64,000 nucleotides of DNA from Nanobdellota archaeon (GTDB lineage: Archaea; Nanobdellota; Nanobdellia; Pacearchaeales; GW2011-AR1), in NCBI GenBank assembly GCA_038044745.1, contig JBBSZK010000009.1, forward strand, positions 245 to 64,244, written 5' to 3'. Under the pieces are notes generated by a model. It saw only the letters and a program-made list of their open reading frames with translations, did not search any database and had not been told where the DNA came from. The position numbers were made by a program, and so were the translations under genes. Below are positions 28,551 to 38,074 of this stretch, one piece after another (the stretch's first letter is position 1; each line of letters begins with the position of its first letter).

Positions 28551-28763
28551 TTATTTGAACAACTGTATCAACATCCAAAGTCCCGATAAGGCAACTAAGA
28601 TGTAGACAATAGAGGCAAGCATTGGAATGCTGCCCAACAAAAGGGCTACAAGATCCCAGCTGTAATTGACGCCGCTAAAACTGGCAAGGCCTACAAGACC
28701 CCAGTTTAACGCACCAATAACCACCAAGATTGATGCAATCCATTCAAGTGCACTTCTTCCCAT
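28551..28763 (-). CDS. DUF378-family small membrane protein
   Basis: VVIGALNWGLVGL... and two TM helices are characteristic of DUF378. Confidence 0.65.
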   Translation of the reverse strand: MGRSALEWIASILVVIGALNWGLVGLASFSGVNYSWDLVALLLGSIPMLASIVYILVALSGLWMLIQLFK

Positions 28764-28813
28764 ATAACACCTCCTTGAAACACCGACGAGAAACGAATAT
28801 TTAAAGGTTCTGT

Positions 28814-29134
28814 TTATCTGTTTTTTATTGTTCTAAAATACGTTGGATTTACAGGGCAAAATTTGCATAGTTCAGTTGTTTGCGATATATTTAAAATCGT
28901 TTGATCTTCATACATAGAATTAAGGTAATCAAACCGAGTAAGTGCGCAGACTTCTCCTGCAAGATAAATTATCTCTTTAATCTGAACATCGAGCATTTCT
29001 TTAGGCATACTTCCTGCGTCCATCATCCATAAAACTTTGGACTCTCTCGTTTTTTGTACAAGTTCCTCGAGCTCGCTTAGACGAGTTTCCCACCTAACGA
29101 AATCAATCGCAGAAATTGGAAAAAGAACATCCAT
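28814..29134 (-). CDS. Hypothetical protein (106 aa) directly downstream of rps7
   Basis: The start lies 2 nt after the S7 stop. AT-rich orphan with no motif recognised. Confidence 0.5.
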   Translation of the reverse strand: MDVLFPISAIDFVRWETRLSELEELVQKTRESKVLWMMDAGSMPKEMLDVQIKEIIYLAGEVCALTRFDYLNSMYEDQTILNISQTTELCKFCPVNPTYFRTIKNR

Positions 29135-29136
29135 TG

Positions 29137-29730
29137 TTAACGAGCAGCGTCTGCTTGCTTCTCGGCGTCATTCTTCTTGCTCAACGCATAACTTTCCATG
29201 TTTCCATCAGCCGCTTTAATTATTTCATTGGCAAGTGACTCGGCCATTTTAATTTTCTTTCCAAACGATTTTTGATAGGCCCCTTGCACAATCCATCTAA
29301 TCGCAAGATTTACACGGCGAAGTGGACTTACGTCAACGGCCTGAGGATAGCGCGCGCCACCGTATTCAATCGTCGTCGTTTCATCACGAGGAGACGCATT
29401 TTCAATGGCTTTCACTAGTATCTGAAGTGGATTTTCTTTTTTCTTTTCTTGAATAATGCGAAGCGTCTCAATAACCATTCCCATGTTTTTATTGTATTTT
29501 CCCGAGGACCACGAAGTGATAATTTTATGCTTCTTACCTACGTGTCCCGGAACTGCAAGTCGGTTCGCAATGCGTTCTAACAAATGCGTTTTCGCAGCAC
29601 CAAACTTAGTGACATGTCGTCCATGCGACTTGACAAGCAACCGAGGCTCAATGTTAACATACGGCTTCAAAGCTTGGTCGTTCACTACAACATTTTCCAC
29701 AGAATACAAATCAAGTGTGTTAAAACTCAT
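29137..29730 (-). CDS. rps7: 30S ribosomal protein S7
   Basis: 197 aa. ...LLERIANRLAVPGHVGKKHK... and the NASPRDETTTIEYGGARYPQAVDVSPLRR core of archaeal uS7. Confidence 0.92.
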   Translation of the reverse strand: MSFNTLDLYSVENVVVNDQALKPYVNIEPRLLVKSHGRHVTKFGAAKTHLLERIANRLAVPGHVGKKHKIITSWSSGKYNKNMGMVIETLRIIQEKKKENPLQILVKAIENASPRDETTTIEYGGARYPQAVDVSPLRRVNLAIRWIVQGAYQKSFGKKIKMAESLANEIIKAADGNMESYALSKKNDAEKQADAAR

Positions 29731-29731
29731 A

Positions 29732-30148
29732 TTAACGACGTCCCTTCTCTATCTTACCCTTCCACAAAAGGTGAAGTGGCTGATCATTTACTTTAATCAC
29801 TTTGTAACGAATACCGGGAATATCTCCTTTGGTACGCCCTTGTTTTCCGCCAATGCGTTCAATGATAACTTCATCATGTTCATCAACAAACTTCTGTGCA
29901 AGATTACCAGGAATAAATGCGCCGACTGAAGTGCCATTCTTAATCAGCTGAACTTTGCAACACTTTCTCATCGCAGAGTTGGGCTGCTTTGCTTCTTTCT
30001 GGAATTTAGAAACAACAATTCCCTTGGCCTGATGTGAACCTCCGGTAGGATCAAATTTCTTTCGAGTAACACGCTTTTTGAATGCCTTCTGTCTCCATTT
30101 AAATCGACGAGCGTCCTTCTTTATTTTGCGCGCATTCATTAATCCCAT
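29732..30148 (-). CDS. rps12: 30S ribosomal protein S12
   Basis: KQPNSAMRKCCKVQLIKNG...AFIPG... is typical of uS12. Confidence 0.92.
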   Translation of the reverse strand: MGLMNARKIKKDARRFKWRQKAFKKRVTRKKFDPTGGSHQAKGIVVSKFQKEAKQPNSAMRKCCKVQLIKNGTSVGAFIPGNLAQKFVDEHDEVIIERIGGKQGRTKGDIPGIRYKVIKVNDQPLHLLWKGKIEKGRR

Positions 30149-30160
30149 GGTCGTCCTTAG

Positions 30161-30183
30161 AAAAAACGCTTTTTAAATGTTCC
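30161..30183 (-). promoter_or_regulatory. Promoter (TATA/BRE) of the S12-S7 unit
   Basis: Plus strand reads aaaaaacgctttttaaatgttcc, with the TATA centre about 27 nt upstream of the S12 ATG. Near-identical to the EF-2 promoter. Confidence 0.55.
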
Positions 30184-30185
30184 CT

Positions 30186-30599
30186 CTATACAATCTTAAT
30201 TTGTTTGCCAAACAAATCATACACAATTGCAGAGAGCTCAAGTAGACGCGCCTTATTGCGTCCAATCAACGCCGCTTTATACTGTCCTCCGGCAGTTATA
30301 ACCGCTTCCTCACCCTGAACTTCTAGAGATTTAAATCCTACAGGTTCAACAATATCCCGCACAAACCGTTCAATATCTTCAATCCCTCTCGCTTCTTTAA
30401 TCACTTTTATTTTTCTGCCAAGTGTGTCCTGGATTTCGCGAACATTTCTTCCGCTTGTACCTATAGCTTTACTCATCAAGTCACTGGGCACCGCAAAAAC
30501 GATGGCATTATTATACACAAAACAGTTATGGGTCTTTATTCGCGTAACGCGGTCAAACAAATTAATGTATCGCATGGTCTGCATATTAATGATTGTCAT
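30186..30599 (-). CDS. nusA: Archaeal NusA-like protein (two KH domains)
   Basis: 137 aa in the conserved position between L30e and S12. KH GxxG-like motifs are present (GTSGRNV, GRNKARL). Confidence 0.85.
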   Translation of the reverse strand: MTIINMQTMRYINLFDRVTRIKTHNCFVYNNAIVFAVPSDLMSKAIGTSGRNVREIQDTLGRKIKVIKEARGIEDIERFVRDIVEPVGFKSLEVQGEEAVITAGGQYKAALIGRNKARLLELSAIVYDLFGKQIKIV

Positions 30600-30835
30600 T
30601 TTTTAACTCCAAACGCTTCGCAAAAGAATGCAAGCGCAAGCTTGTCAGTCAGTTCACGCTTATTCAATTCAAGATGCTCTATTTCAACCCCTGTTTTTTC
30701 TAAGGATGCAAGCAATCCAACACGAACGTCGCTCGGAACAAAAACTTTTTGAATTTTCTTAGCATGTTTAGTGCATTCCCGTACACCAAAAAATATTTTA
30801 TCAGCCTTAATAAACGCGTGTAATTCAGACACCAT
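30596..30835 (-). CDS. rpl30e: 50S ribosomal protein L30e (short, 79 aa)
   Basis: Conserved position downstream of rpoA and L7Ae/L30e-like sequence (FGVRECTKHAK...VFVPSD...). Shorter than the usual length of about 100 aa. Confidence 0.7.
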   Translation of the reverse strand: MVSELHAFIKADKIFFGVRECTKHAKKIQKVFVPSDVRVGLLASLEKTGVEIEHLELNKRELTDKLALAFFCEAFGVKK

Positions 30836-30878
30836 TTTTAATAATTCTCCAGTAGGTTACTATATAAATGTATTGCCG

Positions 30879-33800
30879 TTATTCGGACTTTTTCGCTTTC
30901 TCTTTCTCGATTTCTTTATTTACAAGCGGACCCGTAACCTTCACCAGCAGACCGGGAAGCCCAGTACCGACGGGAACAGGCTGGTTGAGAATAATGTTCT
31001 CAATAACTGAAGAGAGTTCGTCTTTCTTGCCTTGAATTGTTGCATTGATAAATTCTTTATCTGGAGTTTCAAACGCCGCACGAGCGAACACGCTTGACTT
31101 GTCCGAAACGATTCCCATACGCGTGACTCCCTTCACCATTCCTCCAGAGGTCATTGCATCAGAAATCAAGTCAAGATGGCGCAAGTTAATTTCCAAACCC
31201 TGACTATCTATAACTTTTTTAATTTCATTCATAATCGTTTGCCGCGCAGCCTCAATGCCGAGTACATTCGCCACCTCGTGGATATCGTTCGAAGTAACTT
31301 TATCCTTGTTGATTCCTTTAACAGTCATAACATCTTGCAAGTTGCTTCCTGCAGTAAGAACGACATAATCCTTGTCGCGCTGAGCCACAACAACTTGAGC
31401 GATGTTCTTAAGCCCAGACACTGCAGTTCGCTTCAACTTTTCTTTGAGCTTATACATGTCTCTGAAAGTCATTTCTTCAGCGTTAATTGTCACGCGCAAA
31501 TCTTTGCCTTTACACGAGAATCCCTTATCGTTAAGGCGGTCAACAATTGTTTGCGCTCCCACGTGCACCTGTTTGAGCGCATTAGCATCAAGCTCAATTT
31601 CAATTTTTTTACCAGAAAAGTCGATTTTTACTTCTCTCATAATCTCTTCAAGCTTCACTTCTTTTATCTTCTCAGCAATCACACGAGCGTCTTTCTCATT
31701 GTTATGTTCTTTGTCAAGATAAATCTCCATAAGAGGGGTACTTGGTTTCTTTCGAGCGTCAAATATTTCAATAAGACGTGGAAGTCCCAAGGTAATCTGC
31801 ATTTCCGCAACTCCTGCCGAGTGGAACACGTTCAATACCATTTGCGTTGAAGCTTCACCGAACGATTGTGCGGTTACCACACCCACTGCTTCTCCCGCAG
31901 GAACTTCTTTGCCAAGATGCAACATTGAAACATCAATGCCGTCGCCCCCAAATGCAAACTGCACGATGTTACCTGAAGCATCACGAACCGTATGGTCATA
32001 TTCTACGCGGAGGTCTTGCAGTGCGCTAACGAGCCGACGATATAAGTATCCAGACTTAGGGGTTCTGAGTGCTGTGTCCATAAGCGCGTCTCGCCCGGTA
32101 ATCGCCCCAAAGAAGTACTCGGTAGGTTTGAGTCCTTGGAAGAAAGATGACTTGATGAATCCACGTGCTTCCGGCCCAAGATCGCCACGTGCGAAGAACG
32201 GCAACGTTCTGCCACTGTATCCAAAATTAATACGTTGGCTCCAAAGAATCTGTTGCCCTACCGAACATCCGATTTGCGTAATGTTAAGTGCGCTTCCTCC
32301 AGCCTTAGACGCAATCATCTTGTTAATATTGCTATCAACAGGGAAGTTTGACTTAACGATGTTACCTGCACGCGAACGCACCTCGTTCAACACTTGTGAA
32401 ATCTTAACTTCTCGCGTTTCCGCAACCGTCTTGCCGGGGATGGGCGTAAGATTCCCTGCATCCGCATCACGAATAATCTCCTGTGTCTTTCGTTCAGCAT
32501 CTTCAATAATTTCGTTCGTGCTTTCCTTCACCTTGGCGGGCACGTTCAAGTCTTGAAGTGAAAGAGTATATCCACGTCTTGTCAAGTAATTAGCACCCAA
32601 TGTAAATGCGCGTTGAACTGTTTGAAGCGCGTCATCGCGTCCGCACTGTTTGTCAATTGCTTTAATCAAATCGCCAGCTTCAGCCGCAAAGGTCCCATCT
32701 CCAATAAGTTCTCGAGGCAATACAATCTTGGAATTTTCAGGAAGTATTTTTGAGAACACATCGACGCCGACTGCCTCTTTGGTTTTCTGATTATTGAGAA
32801 CGCCGCATGCAAAGAGCAATTGGTCCGCTTCCGCTTTAGAAATGGTATCGGTACTCATAATATAGGCACCCGTAACCGCGTCGGCAATGGTTCCGATAAG
32901 ATTGATATTGTTCTTGGAAGACATGATATTTTGTTTAACTTCAAGCAAAATTGTCGCCTCAGCACGCGCTTCCTCAGTCTGTGGGGAGTGAATGTTCATT
33001 TCATCTCCATCGAAGTCAGCGTTATAGGGGAAACATACGGCCGGATGTAACCTGAACGTTCGGTTGGGGAGTACACGCACATAGTGGGCCATAAGACTTT
33101 GTTTGTGCAATGAGGGGTGTCGGTTGAACAGAACAATATCTCCGTCCTCTAAATGACGCTCAATCTTATATCCAGGCTGAATCTCATTGCATAATTCTTC
33201 TTTTAATTCTGCAGTGATGCGTTTGCGTTTTCCATCGGGGCGCATGACGTAGTTGGCTCCGGGGTGTTCATCGCCACGTCGAATCAAGTTTTTCATACGG
33301 TCCATATTCATAGTCGTAACGCTCTCGGAAACAGTAATTGTTTTTGCAATCTCAAGCGGAATGCCTACTTCATTTATGTTCAAATAGGGGTCAGAGGACA
33401 CGACGGTACGCGCAGAAAAGTTAACACGCTTTCCAGCAAGGTTCTTACGAATGCGTCCTTCCTTTCCTTTAATACGCTCGGTAATCGTCTTCAACGGCTG
33501 ACCCGAACGGTGTCTTGCAGGAGGAATCTTGGTCAAGGTATTATCAAAATACGTCGTTACGTGATATTGCAATAAGTCCCACAGGTCTTCAATAATAACT
33601 TCGGGCGCCCCCGCATTCAGGTTTTCCCATAGGCGCTGGTTAGCACGAATAATATCCGACATCTTGTGCGTCAAGTCGTCTTCACTGCGCTCTCCAGATT
33701 CAAGTGTGATGCTCGGTCGCACGTTAACGCTTGGTACGAGCAACTGAGACAAAATGGCCCATTCAGGACGACAGTTCTTCGAGTTAACACCAACTTTGCG

Positions 33801-34322
33801 CATTTCTTCATCAGAAATTTTAATTAAAATCTCTCTGATTTCTGTGGGAAAGATACGTTTGGTGCCCACCATGAATGAACTGGGCTTTTCAAGCTTAACT
33901 TTTTCATGAGGTTCATTGCAATGCGGACATACTTTTTTGTCACGCGCTTTTTTTGCACGATCAACCGGACCTAATGCCGCTTGTTTTTCATCACTTAACA
34001 AGAGCTTACCACATTTGAGGCAAAAACTTCGCAAAAATAGTTCGATAAGCGGAATATACTTAATGTGAATAACAGGTCGTGCAAGTTCGATGCTTCCAGG
34101 GTATCCTGGGCATTCCTTCATCGTTGCACCGTCGGTACGACAGCGCACGCCAGGATCGATCGCACCCAATCGGAGATCCATAAGACCTCCATCCACGGGG
34201 AAACCGTCAACGTCATACAATTCGGGCGTAACAATCTTGGCGACGCTCAACTTCTTAATCAAGTCGGGACTAAGCAAACTGAAGCGCAATGCTTTCACTC
34301 GTTTTCTTACAGGGTATTCCAT
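30879..34322 (-). CDS. rpoA: DNA-directed RNA polymerase subunit A, A' and A'' regions fused in one 1147-aa ORF
   Basis: Zinc-binding N-terminus, NADFDGDEMN active site (about aa 434-443), bridge-helix region. It continues without a stop (about aa 800-815, nt about 31880-31925) into GEAVGVVTAQSFGEASTQMVLNVFHSAGV...TLGLPRLIEIFDARK and GIEAAR...RHLDLISDAMT...NQPVPVGTG, which are A'' hallmarks. Confidence 0.92.
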   Translation of the reverse strand: MEYPVRKRVKALRFSLLSPDLIKKLSVAKIVTPELYDVDGFPVDGGLMDLRLGAIDPGVRCRTDGATMKECPGYPGSIELARPVIHIKYIPLIELFLRSFCLKCGKLLLSDEKQAALGPVDRAKKARDKKVCPHCNEPHEKVKLEKPSSFMVGTKRIFPTEIREILIKISDEEMRKVGVNSKNCRPEWAILSQLLVPSVNVRPSITLESGERSEDDLTHKMSDIIRANQRLWENLNAGAPEVIIEDLWDLLQYHVTTYFDNTLTKIPPARHRSGQPLKTITERIKGKEGRIRKNLAGKRVNFSARTVVSSDPYLNINEVGIPLEIAKTITVSESVTTMNMDRMKNLIRRGDEHPGANYVMRPDGKRKRITAELKEELCNEIQPGYKIERHLEDGDIVLFNRHPSLHKQSLMAHYVRVLPNRTFRLHPAVCFPYNADFDGDEMNIHSPQTEEARAEATILLEVKQNIMSSKNNINLIGTIADAVTGAYIMSTDTISKAEADQLLFACGVLNNQKTKEAVGVDVFSKILPENSKIVLPRELIGDGTFAAEAGDLIKAIDKQCGRDDALQTVQRAFTLGANYLTRRGYTLSLQDLNVPAKVKESTNEIIEDAERKTQEIIRDADAGNLTPIPGKTVAETREVKISQVLNEVRSRAGNIVKSNFPVDSNINKMIASKAGGSALNITQIGCSVGQQILWSQRINFGYSGRTLPFFARGDLGPEARGFIKSSFFQGLKPTEYFFGAITGRDALMDTALRTPKSGYLYRRLVSALQDLRVEYDHTVRDASGNIVQFAFGGDGIDVSMLHLGKEVPAGEAVGVVTAQSFGEASTQMVLNVFHSAGVAEMQITLGLPRLIEIFDARKKPSTPLMEIYLDKEHNNEKDARVIAEKIKEVKLEEIMREVKIDFSGKKIEIELDANALKQVHVGAQTIVDRLNDKGFSCKGKDLRVTINAEEMTFRDMYKLKEKLKRTAVSGLKNIAQVVVAQRDKDYVVLTAGSNLQDVMTVKGINKDKVTSNDIHEVANVLGIEAARQTIMNEIKKVIDSQGLEINLRHLDLISDAMTSGGMVKGVTRMGIVSDKSSVFARAAFETPDKEFINATIQGKKDELSSVIENIILNQPVPVGTGLPGLLVKVTGPLVNKEIEKEKAKKSE

Positions 34323-34323
34323 G

Positions 34324-37300
34324 TTATTCGTATTTGTTCTTCAACTCAAACGTTGTAAGAATGTGCATAGCCAATAGTTCATCAACAAGCAATTTAAATG
34401 CATAGGATACTTCGATAGGTTCAACGTCCGTGCTTCCCGTGACAGGACAGTACGTTTTGTTTCTAATACGGTCTCGTATCGCAAGGTGGCCGCTGTTCGT
34501 TGCAACGTATAAGGTTGTTTTATCTGAATCGTACCGTTCTTTCAAGAGGAGCGATGCTCCGTGAGCCACAAGCGCTTGTTGTTCCATCTCTCCCAATCGA
34601 AGCGCGCCACCACGTGCACGACCTTCAGTCGGCTGGCGCGTCAAAAGCGCAACTTTACCCGATGCACGCGCATGAATCTTATTACTCACCATATATCGTA
34701 GCTTAAGATAATACATGGTGCCGATGTAAATCTTGGCTTCCATCTTCTTACCCGTAATCCCGTTATACATAGTTTCTTTACCATCATATCGGAAGCCCAT
34801 CTCTCGGAGAGTGCCCTCAAGCTCTTCGACTTTCGCACCCGTAAACGCCGTACCATCAACATGTCGTCCGCTCACCGCAGCAGTTTTACCTGCAAGGAGT
34901 TCAATCAGATATCCAAGAGTCATACGACTCGGAATACCATGCGGATTGAATATCAAGTCAGGCCTGATTCCACGAGAAGTAAAGGGAATATCTCTTGGAT
35001 CTGCAATAAGTCCCACAACTCCTTTCTGCCCGTGCGGTGTAGAGAACTTATCTCCAGGTTCGGGCAATCGCAAGTCGCGAATACGTACTTGTGCAATTTT
35101 GTTTCCATCGTTGTCTGCCGTGATAAATACGGCATCAACCGTGCCCTTCTCTTCTTGACGTATAACGGTACTTGCTTCTTTCTTCGATTGAATGCTAATG
35201 TCTTTCGCCTCAGACAAGAATTTAGGCGGCGTGGTTTTTCCAATAACAACGTCTCCCGAGTGAACGGCTGCTTCAGGATACGCAATTCCATCATCTTCAA
35301 GATATTGATACGAGGCTTCAGTACGATATCCCGCGACGTCTTTATCAGGTACAAGAATCTCATCTTTAAGTCCGCCCGTATATTGCAATTCGGTCGCCTT
35401 ATAGGGTCGGAAGTACGTGCTGCGCCCCATACCACGGTCAACGCTTCCTCTATTAAGGATAACGGCGTCTTCTACGTTGTATCCCTCAAAGGGCATAATC
35501 GCAACAACAAGGTTCTGTCCCGACGGATACGCTTCAAGTGTATCATACATGAAACTCTTGACAAGCGGATGCTGCGGATAATGAAGGATGGAAACATCGG
35601 TATCTAATCGTGTAAGATAATTAGCTGCATAAATACCGAGTGACTGTTTAAGAGTCTTGCTTCCACGATTGAGACGAGAAGACTGGTCATGGTTGCCGAA
35701 CGGTACGAGCGAAGTGATAAGCCCAAAGACATCAATTAAGTCTACTTCAAGATGTGTCGTCGTTTCGTTGATTTTATCGGGATAGAGCGCAACAAATGCG
35801 TCTTCTTCTTCAGAAGCATCAAGGTATTCAATAATTCCTTCTTTAACCAAGTCAGTCCAGCTCAATTTTCCTTGTTCAAGCATCAAGATGTGTTCATCCT
35901 TCAACAGAGGCGAACCCTCTTTAACAATAATAAGGGGGCGCAGTACACGACCAATCTCTGTAGAAATGACCGCTGAACCCGTCTCACTCTTACTTTGAAT
36001 GCTCAATTCAGGGGGAAATTCTCCCTGTCGTCGTGCTTCACGAACACTGCGAACAAAATCAACTACCGATCGTACGCTTCCGATAAATCGTCCATTGAAG
36101 AAGACATCAGTCCCTTGACCTTCAGAGCTCAATCCAAGACTTTGGAATCGCTTGAGTGCACGCGCTTCATCAAACTGTACGGTCGTAGAAACACGAGCAA
36201 GAATCGCAAGGTTCTTGCGCAGACCGATCTCGGTACCTTCAGGTGTTTCGGTGGGACAGAATCGACCGTAGTGTGTCGGGTGCAAGGTTCGTGCCATGAA
36301 ATTTTCCTGCTCTCCTGGGAGCATACTTGAGACGCGCTGTAACTGTGAAAGAATCGCAAGGTAATTAGTCTTATCCATGTTTTGCGTAACACCTGTGCGC
36401 TCGCCAATCCACGAACCAGTCGCGATAGCGCTCTCAATACGTTGTGTGAATAGAGTAGATTTAGCGACGGTCTTAATAGAATAGAACTTCTTTCGCTTCA
36501 TAACTTTCTGAAGCGAATATTGAATATCTCTCACAAGAATGCTTAAGTTGATTCTGAACAAATCGGAAAGTAAGTCTCCCGTAAGCTTGACGCGCTTGTT
36601 TGCATAATGGTCTTTGTCGGTGCGCATCTTGGTATCCATCTTTGCATTAAGAAATTGTTTGATGAGCTTACAGAGCGTGACTGCCTTTTCTTCACGCGCG
36701 TTCTTATCAAGTCCAATGTGTGGCAAAAGAAAATCATCAATGCGTTTCTTTGTGCGATCAAGAATTTCTTTCTTCGTGCCCTGAATAGACGCCTTTTCTG
36801 CAATAGAGAGCAGAGCATCTTCAGGTGTTTGGATAGATGCGTATTCATATAGATTGACAATAACACAATCATCTTCTTTACCGATGTGCTTTGCAATGTC
36901 TGCTTCCTTTGTAAGGCCAAGTGCCTTTAACAACACGACTGCAGGAATATTCTTCAATCGGCTGAACGTAACGTCAAGAATACCTTCATTAGTTTCAGTA
37001 ATAGTGGTAGGGATACGATATGTCCCACGTTGTGAGAAAAGGCGAAGCATGAGGCCGTTGCGTCCCTCTTCAAGGAACGGCTGATTGGATGCAAGGTCCT
37101 CGGCCATGACCATGATACGCTCATTTCCATTGACAACGAAATATCCGCCCGGGTCAAGCGGGTCGATATAGTTCTCAACAAGTTCCTCTTTGTTCATACC
37201 AAATGTATTACAAGCCGCGCTACGAACCATAATGGGAATACGTCCGATTTCAACTTCGCCACTATCGTTCTGATCGCCGTACTTGGCGCTCAATTCGACA

Positions 37301-37569
37301 AAAACGGGAGCAGAGTACGTCAGGCTTCGCAAACGCGCTTCGGTAGGAGTAATTTGGCTAACACTTCCATCTGCTTCAATTGTATCAGGCTTACCAATGC
37401 GGACTTTTCCAAGTGTCACATCAACATCTTCTTTATTTGAGGTTTCATTAACTTCGTTCACAATTTGCTGCATGCGATTGTGCACAAAATCGTTGAAGCT
37501 TCGAATGTTTGATTCAACAAGCGAGTGCTGCTCAAGATATTTTTTGATAAGGAGATGTTTTTCTTTCAT
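34324..37569 (-). CDS. rpoB: DNA-directed RNA polymerase subunit B (unsplit, 1081 aa)
   Basis: Full-length Rpb2-like sequence, including HGQKGV, GEMEQQALVAHGA and a C-terminal Cys cluster region. Confidence 0.95.
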   Translation of the reverse strand: MKEKHLLIKKYLEQHSLVESNIRSFNDFVHNRMQQIVNEVNETSNKEDVDVTLGKVRIGKPDTIEADGSVSQITPTEARLRSLTYSAPVFVELSAKYGDQNDSGEVEIGRIPIMVRSAACNTFGMNKEELVENYIDPLDPGGYFVVNGNERIMVMAEDLASNQPFLEEGRNGLMLRLFSQRGTYRIPTTITETNEGILDVTFSRLKNIPAVVLLKALGLTKEADIAKHIGKEDDCVIVNLYEYASIQTPEDALLSIAEKASIQGTKKEILDRTKKRIDDFLLPHIGLDKNAREEKAVTLCKLIKQFLNAKMDTKMRTDKDHYANKRVKLTGDLLSDLFRINLSILVRDIQYSLQKVMKRKKFYSIKTVAKSTLFTQRIESAIATGSWIGERTGVTQNMDKTNYLAILSQLQRVSSMLPGEQENFMARTLHPTHYGRFCPTETPEGTEIGLRKNLAILARVSTTVQFDEARALKRFQSLGLSSEGQGTDVFFNGRFIGSVRSVVDFVRSVREARRQGEFPPELSIQSKSETGSAVISTEIGRVLRPLIIVKEGSPLLKDEHILMLEQGKLSWTDLVKEGIIEYLDASEEEDAFVALYPDKINETTTHLEVDLIDVFGLITSLVPFGNHDQSSRLNRGSKTLKQSLGIYAANYLTRLDTDVSILHYPQHPLVKSFMYDTLEAYPSGQNLVVAIMPFEGYNVEDAVILNRGSVDRGMGRSTYFRPYKATELQYTGGLKDEILVPDKDVAGYRTEASYQYLEDDGIAYPEAAVHSGDVVIGKTTPPKFLSEAKDISIQSKKEASTVIRQEEKGTVDAVFITADNDGNKIAQVRIRDLRLPEPGDKFSTPHGQKGVVGLIADPRDIPFTSRGIRPDLIFNPHGIPSRMTLGYLIELLAGKTAAVSGRHVDGTAFTGAKVEELEGTLREMGFRYDGKETMYNGITGKKMEAKIYIGTMYYLKLRYMVSNKIHARASGKVALLTRQPTEGRARGGALRLGEMEQQALVAHGASLLLKERYDSDKTTLYVATNSGHLAIRDRIRNKTYCPVTGSTDVEPIEVSYAFKLLVDELLAMHILTTFELKNKYE

Positions 37570-37775
37570 CAGATGACGACCCGATAGTATTCTTGTTTAC
37601 CATCTCCTACAATTCGCTCAATTTTTATGACATCGCCTCGTTGCGCGCCTTCCGGAACACCAGAATCAGTCGCCTTTATCTTCGGTAATTGTCCAACAGA
37701 AATACGGAACGTATCTAGAAGTTTTTTCAACTCTTCCGGTTTTAGCTTCGTGTGTTTGGGCTGTAGGATGTGCAT
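37569..37775 (-). CDS. rpoH: DNA-directed RNA polymerase subunit H
   Basis: 68 aa. HILQPKHTKLKPEELKKLLDTFRISVGQLPKI...DVIKIER is Rpb5-C-like, in the conserved position upstream of rpoB. Confidence 0.88.
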   Translation of the reverse strand: MHILQPKHTKLKPEELKKLLDTFRISVGQLPKIKATDSGVPEGAQRGDVIKIERIVGDGKQEYYRVVI

Positions 37776-37881
37776 TTGTAACGGCGAAATGACGTTGGTA
37801 AACGGGATAACAATTCTGTATAAAAGTGGCTTTTTAAATGTATCGCCCGCACCCTAATTTCAGGCAACATAGTGCTGGTCT

Positions 37882-37892
37882 CCGACGGGATT
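37882..37892. repeat. Fossil fragment of the tRNA-Lys T-arm
   Basis: ccgacgggatt is identical to 50029-50039 in the same orientation, 64 nt left of att copy A. Confidence 0.45.
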
Positions 37893-37955
37893 CCCGAAGG
37901 TTCAAAAGAACCGAGGGGGACTAAGGATTGCAATCCTTAGGATGTTCAAATCCAA

Positions 37956-37967
37956 ATGGCCCCGACG
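37956..37967. repeat. Direct repeat of the tRNA-Lys 3' end (att copy A)
   Basis: atggccccgacg is 12/13 identical to 50023-50035 in the same orientation. Confidence 0.7.
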
Positions 37968-38064
37968 ACCCTAACGCATTTTGACTAAAACTTGGCGTAT
38001 TATTAGGTACAAGTTTTATACAAGATTATGTGATCTTCAGAATTTTTAAGGATTGTCGAGATAC
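37968..38064 (+). repeat. Conserved element left arm (copy A)
   Basis: Aligns with 39296-39388 and 6142-6230 through an ordered series: cattttg, ggcgta, attaggtac (38002-38010), ttatac, and atttttaaggattgtcgaga (38042-38061). Confidence 0.65.
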
Positions 38065-38074
38065 AGTCTATCGA

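Noticed and set aside
30879-37569. Dozens of 60-250-aa ORFs in alternative frames or on the opposite strand of rpoA and rpoB. The same applies within smc, EF-2, EF-1alpha, nrdJ and the FG-GAP gene.
   Set aside because: They are shadow ORFs inside long, highly conserved genes, with no independent motifs.
37893-37955. tRNA-like segment (gttcaaatcc, and the palindrome ctaagga-ttgcaa-tccttag resembling an anticodon arm with GCA or TGC)
   Set aside because: The palindrome has a 6-nt centre and so cannot give a 5-bp stem with a 7-nt loop. No acceptor or D-arm exists and the T-arm does not pair. It is better explained as decayed att or tRNA debris, or hairpins upstream of rpoH.
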